From contig CAWCYI010000004.1 of NCBI GenBank assembly GCA_963799845.1, positions 1,152,001 through 1,216,000 on the forward strand: a stretch of 64,000 nt of DNA. Direction: 5' to 3'. The position numbers were made by a program, and so were the translations under genes. The notes below the pieces were generated by a model. The model did no database searches and was not told where the DNA came from. It saw nothing but the letters and a program-made list of their open reading frames with translations. How positions within the stretch are numbered: position 1 is the stretch's first letter; every line of letters starts with the position of its first letter. Source of the DNA: an uncultured Nitrososphaerota archaeon. Lineage in GTDB: Archaea > Thermoproteota > Nitrososphaeria > Nitrososphaerales > CADDZS01. Below, in pieces: positions 1-9,871 of this stretch.

Positions 1-868
1 GTGGATAATCTGTCCCGAGCAATATTTTTTCGTGACCGAGGAATGAGTAGGTGGACATCAAAACGTCGGGATCGTAGCAGACAGTGTCGACCCACACATT
101 TTTCCTAAAGTAAACCGATGGCGGGCTGGATATGTTCACCCGGCACTCTGGATACGCATTGTAACCAATCTCAATCCTCCCGCGAAGATATGGAAAAACT
201 CCTCCCGTGTGTGCCACGACAATTTTCAAGTTGGGCAGCCGCTCTAAAATGCCAGAAAAGACGAGCCTCAGCAATGCTAGCGAAGTGTCAACCGTGAAAC
301 CAATTATCGGAACCAGCCGATACTCCTCCATAGCCAACGCGTTTATCGGGCTCGTGGGGTGAATGAAGAGCGGCACGTCGAGTTTCGCCGCCTTTTCGTA
401 AATAGGTATGAGCTCTTTCGAGTCGAGAGGCTTCCCATTCGCATTTGAAAACAGCATTACTCCTCGGAGACCTCGGTCTCGAACGGCCCTGTCAAGTTCA
501 TCTACAGAAGCTTCCGGGTCCTGAACGGGAAGGCTTGCAAGAGCACAGAAACGATCTGGATACTTTTCGCTAATGGCCCCAAACCCGTCGTTTGCAAGTC
601 TAGCTAGTTTGATTCCACGTCGAGCTTTTTCGCGCTCGACACCCGGAGTGGTAAGGGAAAGAACCTGCATATCGATTCCGTTCTTATCCATGGCAACCAA
701 TCGATCTTCCAACTTGATGTGCGGGCCGACGACTATGTTGTAATCTCCCGTGTATTCGATCAGGTCTCGGCCTCGCGAGTCAGTTGTTACTCTGGCGTAC
801 CCTTCACTGCTGTTAAGTTCGCGGATGTATTCTTCAGGATAAAAGTGGTTGTGAAAGTCAATGATCAA
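1..868 (-). CDS. Amidohydrolase family protein (ACMSD/aromatic-acid decarboxylase-like), runs off the window start
   Basis: Manual translation from TTG 868: MIIDFHNHFYP...MDKNGIDMQVLSLTTPG...LFIHP...HTGG...VDTV; HxH metal motif; absent from the ORF track because it is open-ended. Confidence 0.85.
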   Translation of the reverse strand, partial: MIIDFHNHFYPEEYIRELNSSEGYARVTTDSRGRDLIEYTGDYNIVVGPHIKLEDRLVAMDKNGIDMQVLSLTTPGVEREKARRGIKLARLANDGFGAISEKYPDRFCALASLPVQDPEASVDELDRAVRDRGLRGVMLFSNANGKPLDSKELIPIYEKAAKLDVPLFIHPTSPINALAMEEYRLVPIIGFTVDTSLALLRLVFSGILERLPNLKIVVAHTGGVFPYLRGRIEIGYNAYPECRVNISSPPSVYFRKNVWVDTVCYDPDVLMSTYSFLGHEKILLGTDYP

Positions 869-911
869 AGCGAGATTCGTTTACGGCCAAAGCGTAATAA
901 GATGAACTACG

Positions 912-1268
912 CTAGACCATCCGATCTTCGTAACGCTTTCCAGTGAACAATGAGCGGAGCCACATGATGGCTCGCCGATTCTCCTCATATAATTCGTTTT
1001 CAGTTCTCCAAAACCAGGTAAGCGAAGTTTGTATCTTTTGATCATCTACTGGCAGAGCGATTTCTTTTGAGGAAAAATGCGTCTGGAACCACCGCCTGCA
1101 GCGATAACAGTAGTAAAAGTTCCACTGCCCAGTGACCACCAGGAGCTTTGCGGTCTTGTTCTCAGATTTAGTTGAACAAATAATACAGGAAGTTTCGGGA
1201 TTCAGCATCGCCTCGAAACTCTGCTTTTTTACTCCATTCTTTCGCTTGAAGAAACTGGGAAGCTTCAT
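912..1268 (-). CDS. Hypothetical protein with putative Zn-ribbon
   Basis: 118-aa ORF with CIIC...CYRC pairs. Confidence 0.55.
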   Translation of the reverse strand: MKLPSFFKRKNGVKKQSFEAMLNPETSCIICSTKSENKTAKLLVVTGQWNFYYCYRCRRWFQTHFSSKEIALPVDDQKIQTSLTWFWRTENELYEENRRAIMWLRSLFTGKRYEDRMV

Positions 1269-1481
1269 TTCCGAATACTGACCGTCCTCCGAAAAAGCGC
1301 TGTCTAATGAAACAGGGAACTTGCATATACGGTTTAGTTATGCGTAGCATCGTCGTTACCGTGGAACGCGCTTCTGCTCGATGGACATATATCTCCTGCA
1401 CAAACTAGGGCCCATTTCTACGAAGAAGATGTTTTGAGAACGCATAATGCAAGAAGATTTTTTTAGATCTCGCTCATTGGG

Positions 1482-2429
1482 TTGCTTGAAGTTTGTGACG
1501 AACAGTTGTTAGAAATAGACGGTACTTCGCCAGAAAATATGCACTTCAAGTGGTCCAAGAATAACAAACCGATAGCTACAATTCAGCAGAACGAAATCGT
1601 CCGGTTTGAAATCCCCGACTGTTTTGCTAATCAGCTTTCAGAATATTCCAATCTGGAAGATTTGAAGAAAATTGATCCTGCCACGATGGACGGCGCGTGC
1701 GGTCCTCTCTGGATTGAAGGCGCTGAACCCGGAGACACCCTCGAGGTAGAAATTCAAGAAGTAAAATCGGGAAAGTGGGGCTGGTCGATGACGGAAAACT
1801 CCCTCGGACTGTTGAAAAATCGCTACCCAGACAATTTCACGGTCTGGGATCTGCGGGACGGCTTTGCAGAATCGAGATCTGGGTTCTTGAAGGGAATCCG
1901 CCTTCCGACTAAACCGTTTCTGGGAATCATGGGGGTCGCGCCAAGCGAAGGCGAATTTGGAATGCTTGCTCCTCAGGCTTTTGGCGGAAACATTGACAAC
2001 AAGCTTCTGTCCTCCGGGTCGAAGCTATATCTTCCAATTGAAACAAAAGGCGCTCTCTTCTCCGCGGCAGATCCTCACGCATCGCAGGGAGATGGAGAAT
2101 CAGGCGCGACGGGAATCGAAACGAGCGCTACCGCGACTCTGAAGTTCCGTGTTATTAAGGATAAAAGAAAGGTTCGGTACCCACGCGCGATTGTAAACGT
2201 TGAGTCGAAGAACTATTTGCTTACGATGGGAATCTCGGAAGACCTGTACAAGGCATCTCAGATCGCGATGAAAGGTATGATTGAGGAATTAGAAAGCAGG
2301 AGCATATCCGGAAGAGAGGGCTATACTCTCTGCAGCCTAGCTGGGGATTTGAGAATCTCTGAGATGGTCGACGAGCCGAATCACGTTGTTTCGATGACAA
2401 TTCCGATGGATATCATCCAGAGAAATTGA
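1482..2429 (+). CDS. Acetamidase/formamidase family protein
   Basis: GP.WIEGAEPGDTL, PFLGIMGVAP, GGNID, DPHASQGDGE motifs. Confidence 0.9.
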   Translation: MLEVCDEQLLEIDGTSPENMHFKWSKNNKPIATIQQNEIVRFEIPDCFANQLSEYSNLEDLKKIDPATMDGACGPLWIEGAEPGDTLEVEIQEVKSGKWGWSMTENSLGLLKNRYPDNFTVWDLRDGFAESRSGFLKGIRLPTKPFLGIMGVAPSEGEFGMLAPQAFGGNIDNKLLSSGSKLYLPIETKGALFSAADPHASQGDGESGATGIETSATATLKFRVIKDKRKVRYPRAIVNVESKNYLLTMGISEDLYKASQIAMKGMIEELESRSISGREGYTLCSLAGDLRISEMVDEPNHVVSMTIPMDIIQRN

Positions 2430-2525
2430 AGTCCGGTTTAGCCGCGAGCACGCAAAGGATAACCCCTTAAGCTCTGTTTTGGGCGCGAGAACGTCGATCG
2501 GGATCGAGAGATGGGGTGAAATTCG

Positions 2526-3863
2526 CTGAAAGATAATTCGGGGGATATTCTTCAAAGGCTCAGCGAGAGAATAGCCGCGAGTAACAGGATTCTCTACTAT
2601 CCACTTTTAGTCAAGAAAGCCCGTGGAAGTATGATCACGGACGTCAGTGGAAAAGAGTACCTTGATTTCAACGCGAGCTGGACGGTTGCGGGACTGGGCT
2701 ATTCGAATCCGACCGTTATTGATGCGATCAAAGAAGAGCTCGAGTCAAGCGCGGGGCTCGCAACTTGCACGTTTCCGAATGAAACCATTTTGAAGTTTGC
2801 CGACGAACTCGCCGCGATCACGCCTGGAAACTTTGCGAAAAAAGTTTGGTTCGGGCATTCGGGAAGCGATGCGTGTGGAGCGGCCTACAAACTGCTGCCT
2901 ATATCCACTAAGAGGCCCAGAGTCTTCTCATTCTATGGCGGCATGCACGGCACAGACTTGGCGGGTATCGCCATGGGAGGTCATCCCTCAACATCGAAGT
3001 ACCAAGTTCCCAGTCTCGTTTCGAAGGTCCCGTACGCATACTGCTACAGATGCCCCTACGGTCTGGAGTATCCGAGCTGCGGAGTATACTGCGCCAGCGA
3101 CTTTATCGAGGACCAGCTTTTCAAGTACATTAGTGTCCCAGATGAAACCGCCTTCATGATAGTTGAAGCGATGCAGAGTGACGGGGGTGATATTGTTCCA
3201 CCAAAAGAGTATCTAAAAAAACTCAAGCAGACGTGCGATAAATTTGGCATCCTCTTAGTCGCAGACGAAGTAAAGCTGGCACCTAGCAGGACCGGTAGAC
3301 TCTTCGCTGTCGAGAATTACGGAGTCGACCCCGATGCGGTGGCAATGGGGAAATCGATAGCTTCAGGGATGCCGGTAGGGGCGCTTGTCGCCGGTCGGGA
3401 CCTCCTAGAAGGGGCGTTCCTGGCTTCGACGTTGGCGGGGAACTCGATAGTTGCGGCAGCGGGGCTCGCAACGATAAAACTGTTGAAAGAAGAAAGCTTG
3501 CTCAAGAAGGTCGCCAAACTGGGGGACGAGCTCAAGACAAGACTGGAGGAGATGAAGGAGCGACATGAAATAATCGGAGATGTGCGCGGAAAGGGACTGT
3601 TCGTCGGAATCGAGTATGTCAAGGATGGGAAGACGAAAGAACCTGCGAGGCTGGAAACTGCCAAGATTGTTTACCGGGCTTGGCAGCTTGGTTTAATCAC
3701 CGTATTCGTCGGCCCGGATCAGAACGTCATGGAGCTGACACCGCCTCTAATCATAACCCATGAGGAAGTCGAAAAAGCAGCGGACATACTGGAGAAAGCC
3801 ATCTCGGATGTTGAGAAGGGAGTCGTTCCGGATTCTCTCGTAAAGGATTTTGCCGGATTCTGA
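2526..3863 (+). CDS. Class III aminotransferase-family PLP enzyme (possible amino-acid racemase)
   Basis: DVSGKEYLDF, SGSDA, QSDGG, DEVK, GKSIASGMP, GDVRGKGL; frame is open and homologous upstream of ATG 2631 (YPLLVKKARGS) back to CTG 2526. Confidence 0.85.
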   Translation: MKDNSGDILQRLSERIAASNRILYYPLLVKKARGSMITDVSGKEYLDFNASWTVAGLGYSNPTVIDAIKEELESSAGLATCTFPNETILKFADELAAITPGNFAKKVWFGHSGSDACGAAYKLLPISTKRPRVFSFYGGMHGTDLAGIAMGGHPSTSKYQVPSLVSKVPYAYCYRCPYGLEYPSCGVYCASDFIEDQLFKYISVPDETAFMIVEAMQSDGGDIVPPKEYLKKLKQTCDKFGILLVADEVKLAPSRTGRLFAVENYGVDPDAVAMGKSIASGMPVGALVAGRDLLEGAFLASTLAGNSIVAAAGLATIKLLKEESLLKKVAKLGDELKTRLEEMKERHEIIGDVRGKGLFVGIEYVKDGKTKEPARLETAKIVYRAWQLGLITVFVGPDQNVMELTPPLIITHEEVEKAADILEKAISDVEKGVVPDSLVKDFAGF

Positions 3864-3892
3864 TTTCCCGAGAGAAACGTAAGAGGCTCCCC

Positions 3893-5140
3893 TCAACAGA
3901 TCTTGGAGAAAAGTAAGTTTTGCTTTTCCATGGCATCTGGATCTTTTATTTGCACAGCCGTCATTATCGGAATCGGGTCAAACTTCATCCAGCTTCCTTG
4001 CTTGAGTTTTCGCGATAATCTCACTGCCCGATCGGCTTCCCACAGCAATTTCTTTGCTGTCTTTGGAGCACCTCCGTATCCTGCGTTCACAAAATTGCTG
4101 CTTTCGCTTGTAATTTGGATCGAGATAGCATTCTTTCCGTACAGGTCCATTGCCAAAGGATGGCTCTTCTCCAGTTCCATGAAACTCGCACCGCAGTCTA
4201 TCATCTTGTCCAGGCCGTTGATCCGCACACTTGAAACTAGCGCGGGATAGCGCCCTTTCCTTCTCCCCGAAAGGTGCCAGCGCGCCAATTCCTCCGGCTC
4301 GGCTTTGGGAACTAGTTGCGCACCAAGTTGATCTATCTCTCGTTCCGTAACGACAGCTCGGTATTTGGTCGTGGCTACGCAAACGTTCGTTAGAACCTTC
4401 AGCTTTACGATTTGATCTCGGACTTCAGGCCGCAGATCAGTCGCGCCAGGTTCAAGGTATCCACCCGCCGCTACCTTCGCTAGCGCCTCCTTCGCAGAAA
4501 GCCCATCTCCGACGCCGGCAAGAAATAGATTCAAACTAGAGTTATCCCTCTTGATTACAACGCCTTCGCGACGTCCAAGAATTGAATCAAGCAATGGGAC
4601 GTACTCTGACTGATCGGCCCAGACTCCCAGAGTGCAATTTAGGCTGAGAAGAGTTTTGTGGTCTGTAGCCAAAGAGAAAAGCTTGCTGCAGTACTTTCGG
4701 TTTGCCCATGCTGTCTTGTTGGCAGTTATCAGGGCACTTACTCCCATAACGTTGGAAGAAATTTTGTAACAGTCCGCTGCATCCAGATGGGTGGAATCTA
4801 TTATCATCCAATTTTTTGGCTCACTGCTTATTTCTTCCTCGATCAAACTTATCTCCTCTCGCAAAGTCCGAAAGTCAGTTAACTTCAGAGATGCAGGCAT
4901 TCTGGAATCATCTGAATTATTCTTCGAGACGTGAGATTTTGATCTTAGTATCCATTTAAGATCCGATGGATCGAGTGCCTTTCCATCATTACGTCCGAAA
5001 AGCTTAGTACTGTCCGCTATCCATCTAACTTCGAAATTCGTGGGAGGATTCGAACAAATATATTCGACGACTTTTCTTCCAACGCTTCCCAATCCCAGAA
5101 TTCCGAGTCTGGGTTGGAGCCTCTTCTGATTCGTTCGCAA
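3893..5140 (-). CDS. Divergent homoserine dehydrogenase-like NAD(P)-binding protein
   Basis: GILGLGSVG Rossmann motif, ITANK, GYLEP...D...K, GYGGAPKTA resemble homoserine dehydrogenase blocks. Confidence 0.6.
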   Translation of the reverse strand: MRTNQKRLQPRLGILGLGSVGRKVVEYICSNPPTNFEVRWIADSTKLFGRNDGKALDPSDLKWILRSKSHVSKNNSDDSRMPASLKLTDFRTLREEISLIEEEISSEPKNWMIIDSTHLDAADCYKISSNVMGVSALITANKTAWANRKYCSKLFSLATDHKTLLSLNCTLGVWADQSEYVPLLDSILGRREGVVIKRDNSSLNLFLAGVGDGLSAKEALAKVAAGGYLEPGATDLRPEVRDQIVKLKVLTNVCVATTKYRAVVTEREIDQLGAQLVPKAEPEELARWHLSGRRKGRYPALVSSVRINGLDKMIDCGASFMELEKSHPLAMDLYGKNAISIQITSESSNFVNAGYGGAPKTAKKLLWEADRAVRLSRKLKQGSWMKFDPIPIMTAVQIKDPDAMEKQNLLFSKIC

Positions 5141-5161
5141 TCAGTAGGCCTCAATGCCAAA

Positions 5162-6349
5162 TCATGCGAAAAGCAATCTCTTAATTCCGTCCGAAATAAT
5201 TTTCTCGTCGCCGTCAGCGAGATGCATTGTGTTGATCTCCAAGCTATTTTCACCATGATGGTACAGCCAGATCGAAGGATCGCCGTCTCTGAGTTTCCGG
5301 TTCAAGTTCGCGACTTCATTGGCCGTCTTCTTTTCGAACGTGACCTTTAGCCCGAGCTGGTGATAGCCGATTCCGTCGACAAGATCTTCAGGCCAGACCG
5401 AGAAACTAAGATGCTGAACATCGGAAAGGGCACCCTGCAATTTCTTAATCTTCTGGCGCGCGGGATCGATCCGATCCTTATTGTGATCCATTTTCACCCA
5501 TCTTTGCAGAGCTGCAAGCGTCCCTACGATCTCCTGCCTATCGAGCTTGTAGCCTCTGCCCACGCTTCTGTAAAATCCAGGTTTGGGGTCGTAGCTCCCA
5601 GCTTCCTGACCGATGAAACTATGCAGTGACACCGTTTCGATCAGGTCTCTTTTGCCGCAGACCCATCCAGCTGAATTTGCGCCCTGCACATATTTTGCAG
5701 CATAGCAGACGAGATCGGCTCCCATCTTGGTAAACCTGCTTAGGAGTTCGATAGGATAGGTCTGGCCCGCAGCATCGACAATGATCGGAACTCCGTGCCT
5801 CTGCCCGATTTCTATGATCTCTTCGAGCGGGATGATGTCATTTCTTGAATTGGGATAGTCTGGTACCATAAAGTGTATCGCGGCGGTCTTGTCGCTGATC
5901 GCGGATTCGAGATCTTTCGGACGCGCTCCCCACACCTCGTGTCCAACTTGAACAAATTTTCCACCGGGAACTTCCATGCTCCTATCGTACATTCCGGGCT
6001 CACCGGCATGCGCGCCCCTGAGATTTCTCTGGATTATGATTTCATTCTTCATGCCGTCAGCGTATGGAAGGCGTCTCATTTTCTCCGGATCCTTTCCAGC
6101 GATGCACGCTGCAGCCGACAAAACAAGAGCAGCAAAGGAGCCAGACGTGACATGGGCTGCCTCTGCAGAACAAATACGCGCAATGGCGTTTCCAACCTTC
6201 TCCTCGAGTTCCCAGATTCCACACCAGTTGTTCGTCGATTCCTCCATCGCATCGAGGACCTCTTTCGGAATTACTGAACCCCCGAGGCGAGTAATCGGAA
6301 ACTGCCCGTTTACTACGCGTCGAACGCCAAGATCTTTGTAAGAGCTCAT
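5162..6349 (-). CDS. SelA-like PLP-dependent enzyme (DgaE/SelA-related family)
   Basis: LGVRRVVNG...TRLGGS, VPIIVDAA, GADLVCYAAKY, GRGYKLDRQEIVG. Confidence 0.8.
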   Translation of the reverse strand: MSSYKDLGVRRVVNGQFPITRLGGSVIPKEVLDAMEESTNNWCGIWELEEKVGNAIARICSAEAAHVTSGSFAALVLSAAACIAGKDPEKMRRLPYADGMKNEIIIQRNLRGAHAGEPGMYDRSMEVPGGKFVQVGHEVWGARPKDLESAISDKTAAIHFMVPDYPNSRNDIIPLEEIIEIGQRHGVPIIVDAAGQTYPIELLSRFTKMGADLVCYAAKYVQGANSAGWVCGKRDLIETVSLHSFIGQEAGSYDPKPGFYRSVGRGYKLDRQEIVGTLAALQRWVKMDHNKDRIDPARQKIKKLQGALSDVQHLSFSVWPEDLVDGIGYHQLGLKVTFEKKTANEVANLNRKLRDGDPSIWLYHHGENSLEINTMHLADGDEKIISDGIKRLLFA

Positions 6350-6509
6350 TACTTCTCGATATCCCGCTAGAAGCGGCTCGACCCCGGCATTTTTAATGTT
6401 AAGGTGCTATCAGATTCGCGATCGTCTGCCTTACGCGACAAGTCTCCTAGTTTGACAATTAGTTCACAATATATGCAATCAGACTTGATCAAAACGTGGT
6501 TTCATAATA

Positions 6510-7340
6510 ATGAAAAGTTTGAGCTCGACAAAAGAAGGTTTTTTCGAGGACATTAACGGGAAAACTGCTATCGTTACCGGATCGACAAAAGGCATAGGGC
6601 TGGAAATCGCTAGGATCCTACTATCTTCAAAGGCCAATGTCATTGTGAATTCTCGCAACAAACAAGATGTAGAGACTACCGTTGTAAGATTACGATCCGA
6701 GCCTGAATTCAGGGGATCGGTGATCGGACTACCTGGAGATGTGGGCGTCTATGAAAAATGTGAAACGTTGGTCGAACAAACAGTCCAGCACTTTGGCAAG
6801 GTAGACGTGTTGGTGAATAATGCGGGAACTTCCATGATCAGTGACAGCCTCGAACTGCAAAAAGAAGATTGGGAAAAAACAATCAGAACCAATCTATCAG
6901 GTCCCTTCTTCATGTCCCAGGTTTGCGGCAGAGTAATGGCGAAGAACGGCGGTGGTTCGATAATCAATATCTCTTCGATATTCGGTGGGGGTGGTGTGCC
7001 TAAGAGGCTCGCGTACTGCTCCTCGAAGTTCGGACTGAACGGTCTTACCAAGACGTTGGCCACCGAATGGGCGCACTACAACATCAGAGTGAATGCTGTC
7101 TCTCCTGGTTACATCAAGACGCCCATGGATGTCGGAGATCAAACTTCAGGTGGATATTCGGCCGAGGAGATCAATCGAAGAACCCCCGCGGGGAGGTACG
7201 GGACTGCCCGCGAGGTAGCACAAGTAGTATTGTTCCTGGCTTCGGATTTCTCCTCTTACATCACGGGAGCCAATTTACGTGTGGACGGAGGGTGGCTCGC
7301 ATACGTCGGCTGGGATAAACTTCTGAATGAACTAGATTAA
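6510..7340 (+). CDS. Short-chain dehydrogenase/reductase
   Basis: TGSTKGIG, NNAG, YCSSK, VNAVSPG, DGG. Confidence 0.95.
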   Translation: MKSLSSTKEGFFEDINGKTAIVTGSTKGIGLEIARILLSSKANVIVNSRNKQDVETTVVRLRSEPEFRGSVIGLPGDVGVYEKCETLVEQTVQHFGKVDVLVNNAGTSMISDSLELQKEDWEKTIRTNLSGPFFMSQVCGRVMAKNGGGSIINISSIFGGGGVPKRLAYCSSKFGLNGLTKTLATEWAHYNIRVNAVSPGYIKTPMDVGDQTSGGYSAEEINRRTPAGRYGTAREVAQVVLFLASDFSSYITGANLRVDGGWLAYVGWDKLLNELD

Positions 7341-7432
7341 AGTTCTGAGATCGGGTGAGTTATCGCTAGAAAAAATTACGTTCTCAAAATCAAATTTTCT
7401 TGAATAGTTATCTTCCAGTTGTCGTCGGCCAT

Positions 7433-8483
7433 CTAATTACCTCCGAAATCGATAGCTTCGTCTTTTAGCGATCTTGGAATGTTAGCGAAAACGTCTGTGA
7501 TGAGGCTTTCCTCCGGAGGAGGCGAAATATTTTCCGTCGATTTGGTCGCGGCTGCAATTTCAGATTGTACTTCCTCTGCAAGCTTCTTCTCGATCTCTTG
7601 CGTCAAGATCGACATTGAATACAACTGATTCTTGAATAGCGTTATTGGATCTCTCTTTTTCCATTCTTCAACCTCCTCCTTTGTTCTGTATTTTTTCCAA
7701 TCGTCGGAAGAAGAGTGCGGGCTATAGCGATAAGTGACGCATTCCAGCAAAGTTGCTCCCTGCCCCTTCAGAGCCCGATCTCTCAGCTTCAGAAACAGCT
7801 CTCTGAACTGCAAAAAAGTCGTTACCATCGATTGTCTCTCCATGGATCCCATACGCCCTCGCTTTCATGGAAATGTTTTCGGAAGCAGTTTGTCTTTTGA
7901 GGGGAACCGATATTGCGTATTGATTGTTTTCGCAAACGAAAATACAAGGTGCCTTAAAGACGCCTGCAAAATTCAAAGCTACGTGAAATTCGCCTGACGA
8001 CGTCGCGCCATCACCAAAGTATGAAATGGCGACAATATCCTCTTTGTTCATTTTTGCCGCCATGGCGAAGCCGACCGAGATCTGTAAGTTGCTGGCTATA
8101 GGGGCAGAATTGCTGAAGATACGGTTTTCTCTGTAGGAATATAGATTTGGCAAATCTCTCCCTTTCATATCATCGGAAGCATTTCCAAAATATCGGTTTA
8201 GCAACTGTTTGACCGTAACGCCAAGCGCTAAAAGAACTCCTTGATCCCTATAATATGGGAAAATATAGTCATGTTTCGTAATGCCATAAACACTCCCGAC
8301 ATGCGTAGCCTCATGTCCGGCTGAGGAAGTGTAAGACCCGATCTTTCCTTGGTTATGCAACGCCAGAGCTTTCGAATCCAGCAGTCTCGTAAGCAGCATT
8401 AGACGATAAGCATTCAGTAAATCCTGTTTTGTGAGCCCGCTTTGTCGCAATCTCGAATTGTGCGTCTGAATATCCTCTATCAT
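7433..8483 (-). CDS. pdhA: 2-oxoacid (pyruvate/branched-chain) dehydrogenase E1 alpha subunit; apparent frameshift near 7780
   Basis: GDGATSSG...ENNQYAIS TPP motif in 7722..8483; LLECVTYR..PHSSSDD...YR...DP in 7433..7852. Confidence 0.85.
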
Positions 8484-8539
8484 TATCCAGTTATTGCAGG
8501 GGCTCTTGAATGATTACTTATATCCTTCCAATTTCAATC

Positions 8540-9871
8540 TCAAAGTAACCACTCCTCTCGTTCGACCGATCTCTTCTTGACTCCCAATTTTGATCCGCGA
8601 TAAGATACTTTTCCATAAAGTGATGCTTCGCCATCAGGACCTTCTCGGTACACACTGTCTACTATTCTTCCAAGCGCATCAGCTTTCATTATTCCGCTTC
8701 CACTGTCGCCTCCGACCACAATCAAATTTTCATGTGCGAAAACATACGGGAGATAGTCAAGTGTATTGTAGGCAATGAGTCCCGCCCACATACTACTGGG
8801 GCCAAGATTTTCAAAGTGGGGAAAGTACGATGTCAGGATCGGATAGATTTGTTTCTGATAGTAAGATGGTTCAGCGTTGTACTTTGCCATATCGAAATCG
8901 GGCAAGTTCAAGAATTCCCTATTCACTTCATCATCGCAGCCGATCCAGAATTGTTCTCCCATCTGGACCGATTTCAAGTATATCGAAGACTTTGGTAAGA
9001 TCGTAAATGGCATTATTCCATAGTTGTTGAAACCTTCGGTGGAAAGCATCTTTTGCAGTTCATTACTTGTGCTGGTGTTTATCTGGAAAATCTGTCTCTT
9101 CTTTGATTTTACATGGCCGTCCAACCCGATTGGTTCGAGGAGAACGTTATTCCAGGCGCCGCCTGCAAGAACAATTGTTTCGGCGTAAATATTTCCATCA
9201 AGGAGCCCTTTCACTTGAACCCCCGCTATTCTAGTCTCCTGCCAAACGAAGGGTTCGTCTTCAATATTCAGTTTCTTTTGTGGTTCGACAAGAAGCTTTG
9301 TCGCTCGAGTACCAAATTGGCATCGTCCTCCCATGGCAATGAATTGGTCATAGTAGAATCTCGTAAGTTTATCAGGCTCAAGTTTGCCACACTTTACGCC
9401 AAAAACAGCACCATTGATGTTTTCCAAATCCATCGCCGCCGCCCCGACATTAGATGTTTCGAAGGTAGTGGTTAGCCCTTGAATCGAATGCTCCAACTCT
9501 TCCTTTGAGTAAATCTTGAGCTCGATCCCGTTCCCGGTCATCCTATCAATGTTCTTCGCATTGAGCTTGAATTGTCGGTCGCTCATTAGCCAGAGATAGC
9601 CGATAAGCTGCAAGCCAAGATCGATCCCGATCTTTTCCTGAACGTTCAGATAATAGTCGATTGATGTATCTGCAAGAACTTGGTTATCGGGTGAGGTAAA
9701 CGTGTTCCTGAACATAGCCGCGCTCCTGCCCGTGCCGGCTTGCCCGACATCTCCGAGATTGTCGATTACCAAAATCTTCTTTGAACGATTGTTTGACAAG
9801 AGATGGTAAGCGGAGGCCATTCCCAGCACGCCTGCACCTATCACAAGAATATCAAACTGAGAATCCGTCAA
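8540..9871 (-). CDS. FAD-dependent oxidoreductase, DAO/sarcosine oxidase beta family
   Basis: VIGAGVLG, GTGRSAA, LAGGAW, WAGL, SGSGIMK. Confidence 0.88.
   Translation of the reverse strand: MTDSQFDILVIGAGVLGMASAYHLLSNNRSKKILVIDNLGDVGQAGTGRSAAMFRNTFTSPDNQVLADTSIDYYLNVQEKIGIDLGLQLIGYLWLMSDRQFKLNAKNIDRMTGNGIELKIYSKEELEHSIQGLTTTFETSNVGAAAMDLENINGAVFGVKCGKLEPDKLTRFYYDQFIAMGGRCQFGTRATKLLVEPQKKLNIEDEPFVWQETRIAGVQVKGLLDGNIYAETIVLAGGAWNNVLLEPIGLDGHVKSKKRQIFQINTSTSNELQKMLSTEGFNNYGIMPFTILPKSSIYLKSVQMGEQFWIGCDDEVNREFLNLPDFDMAKYNAEPSYYQKQIYPILTSYFPHFENLGPSSMWAGLIAYNTLDYLPYVFAHENLIVVGGDSGSGIMKADALGRIVDSVYREGPDGEASLYGKVSYRGSKLGVKKRSVEREEWLL

Noticed and set aside
5162-6349. Selenocysteine synthase / Sec system
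   Set aside because: Archaea use PSTK/SepSecS; no selB, selD or tRNA-Sec seen here; catabolic context
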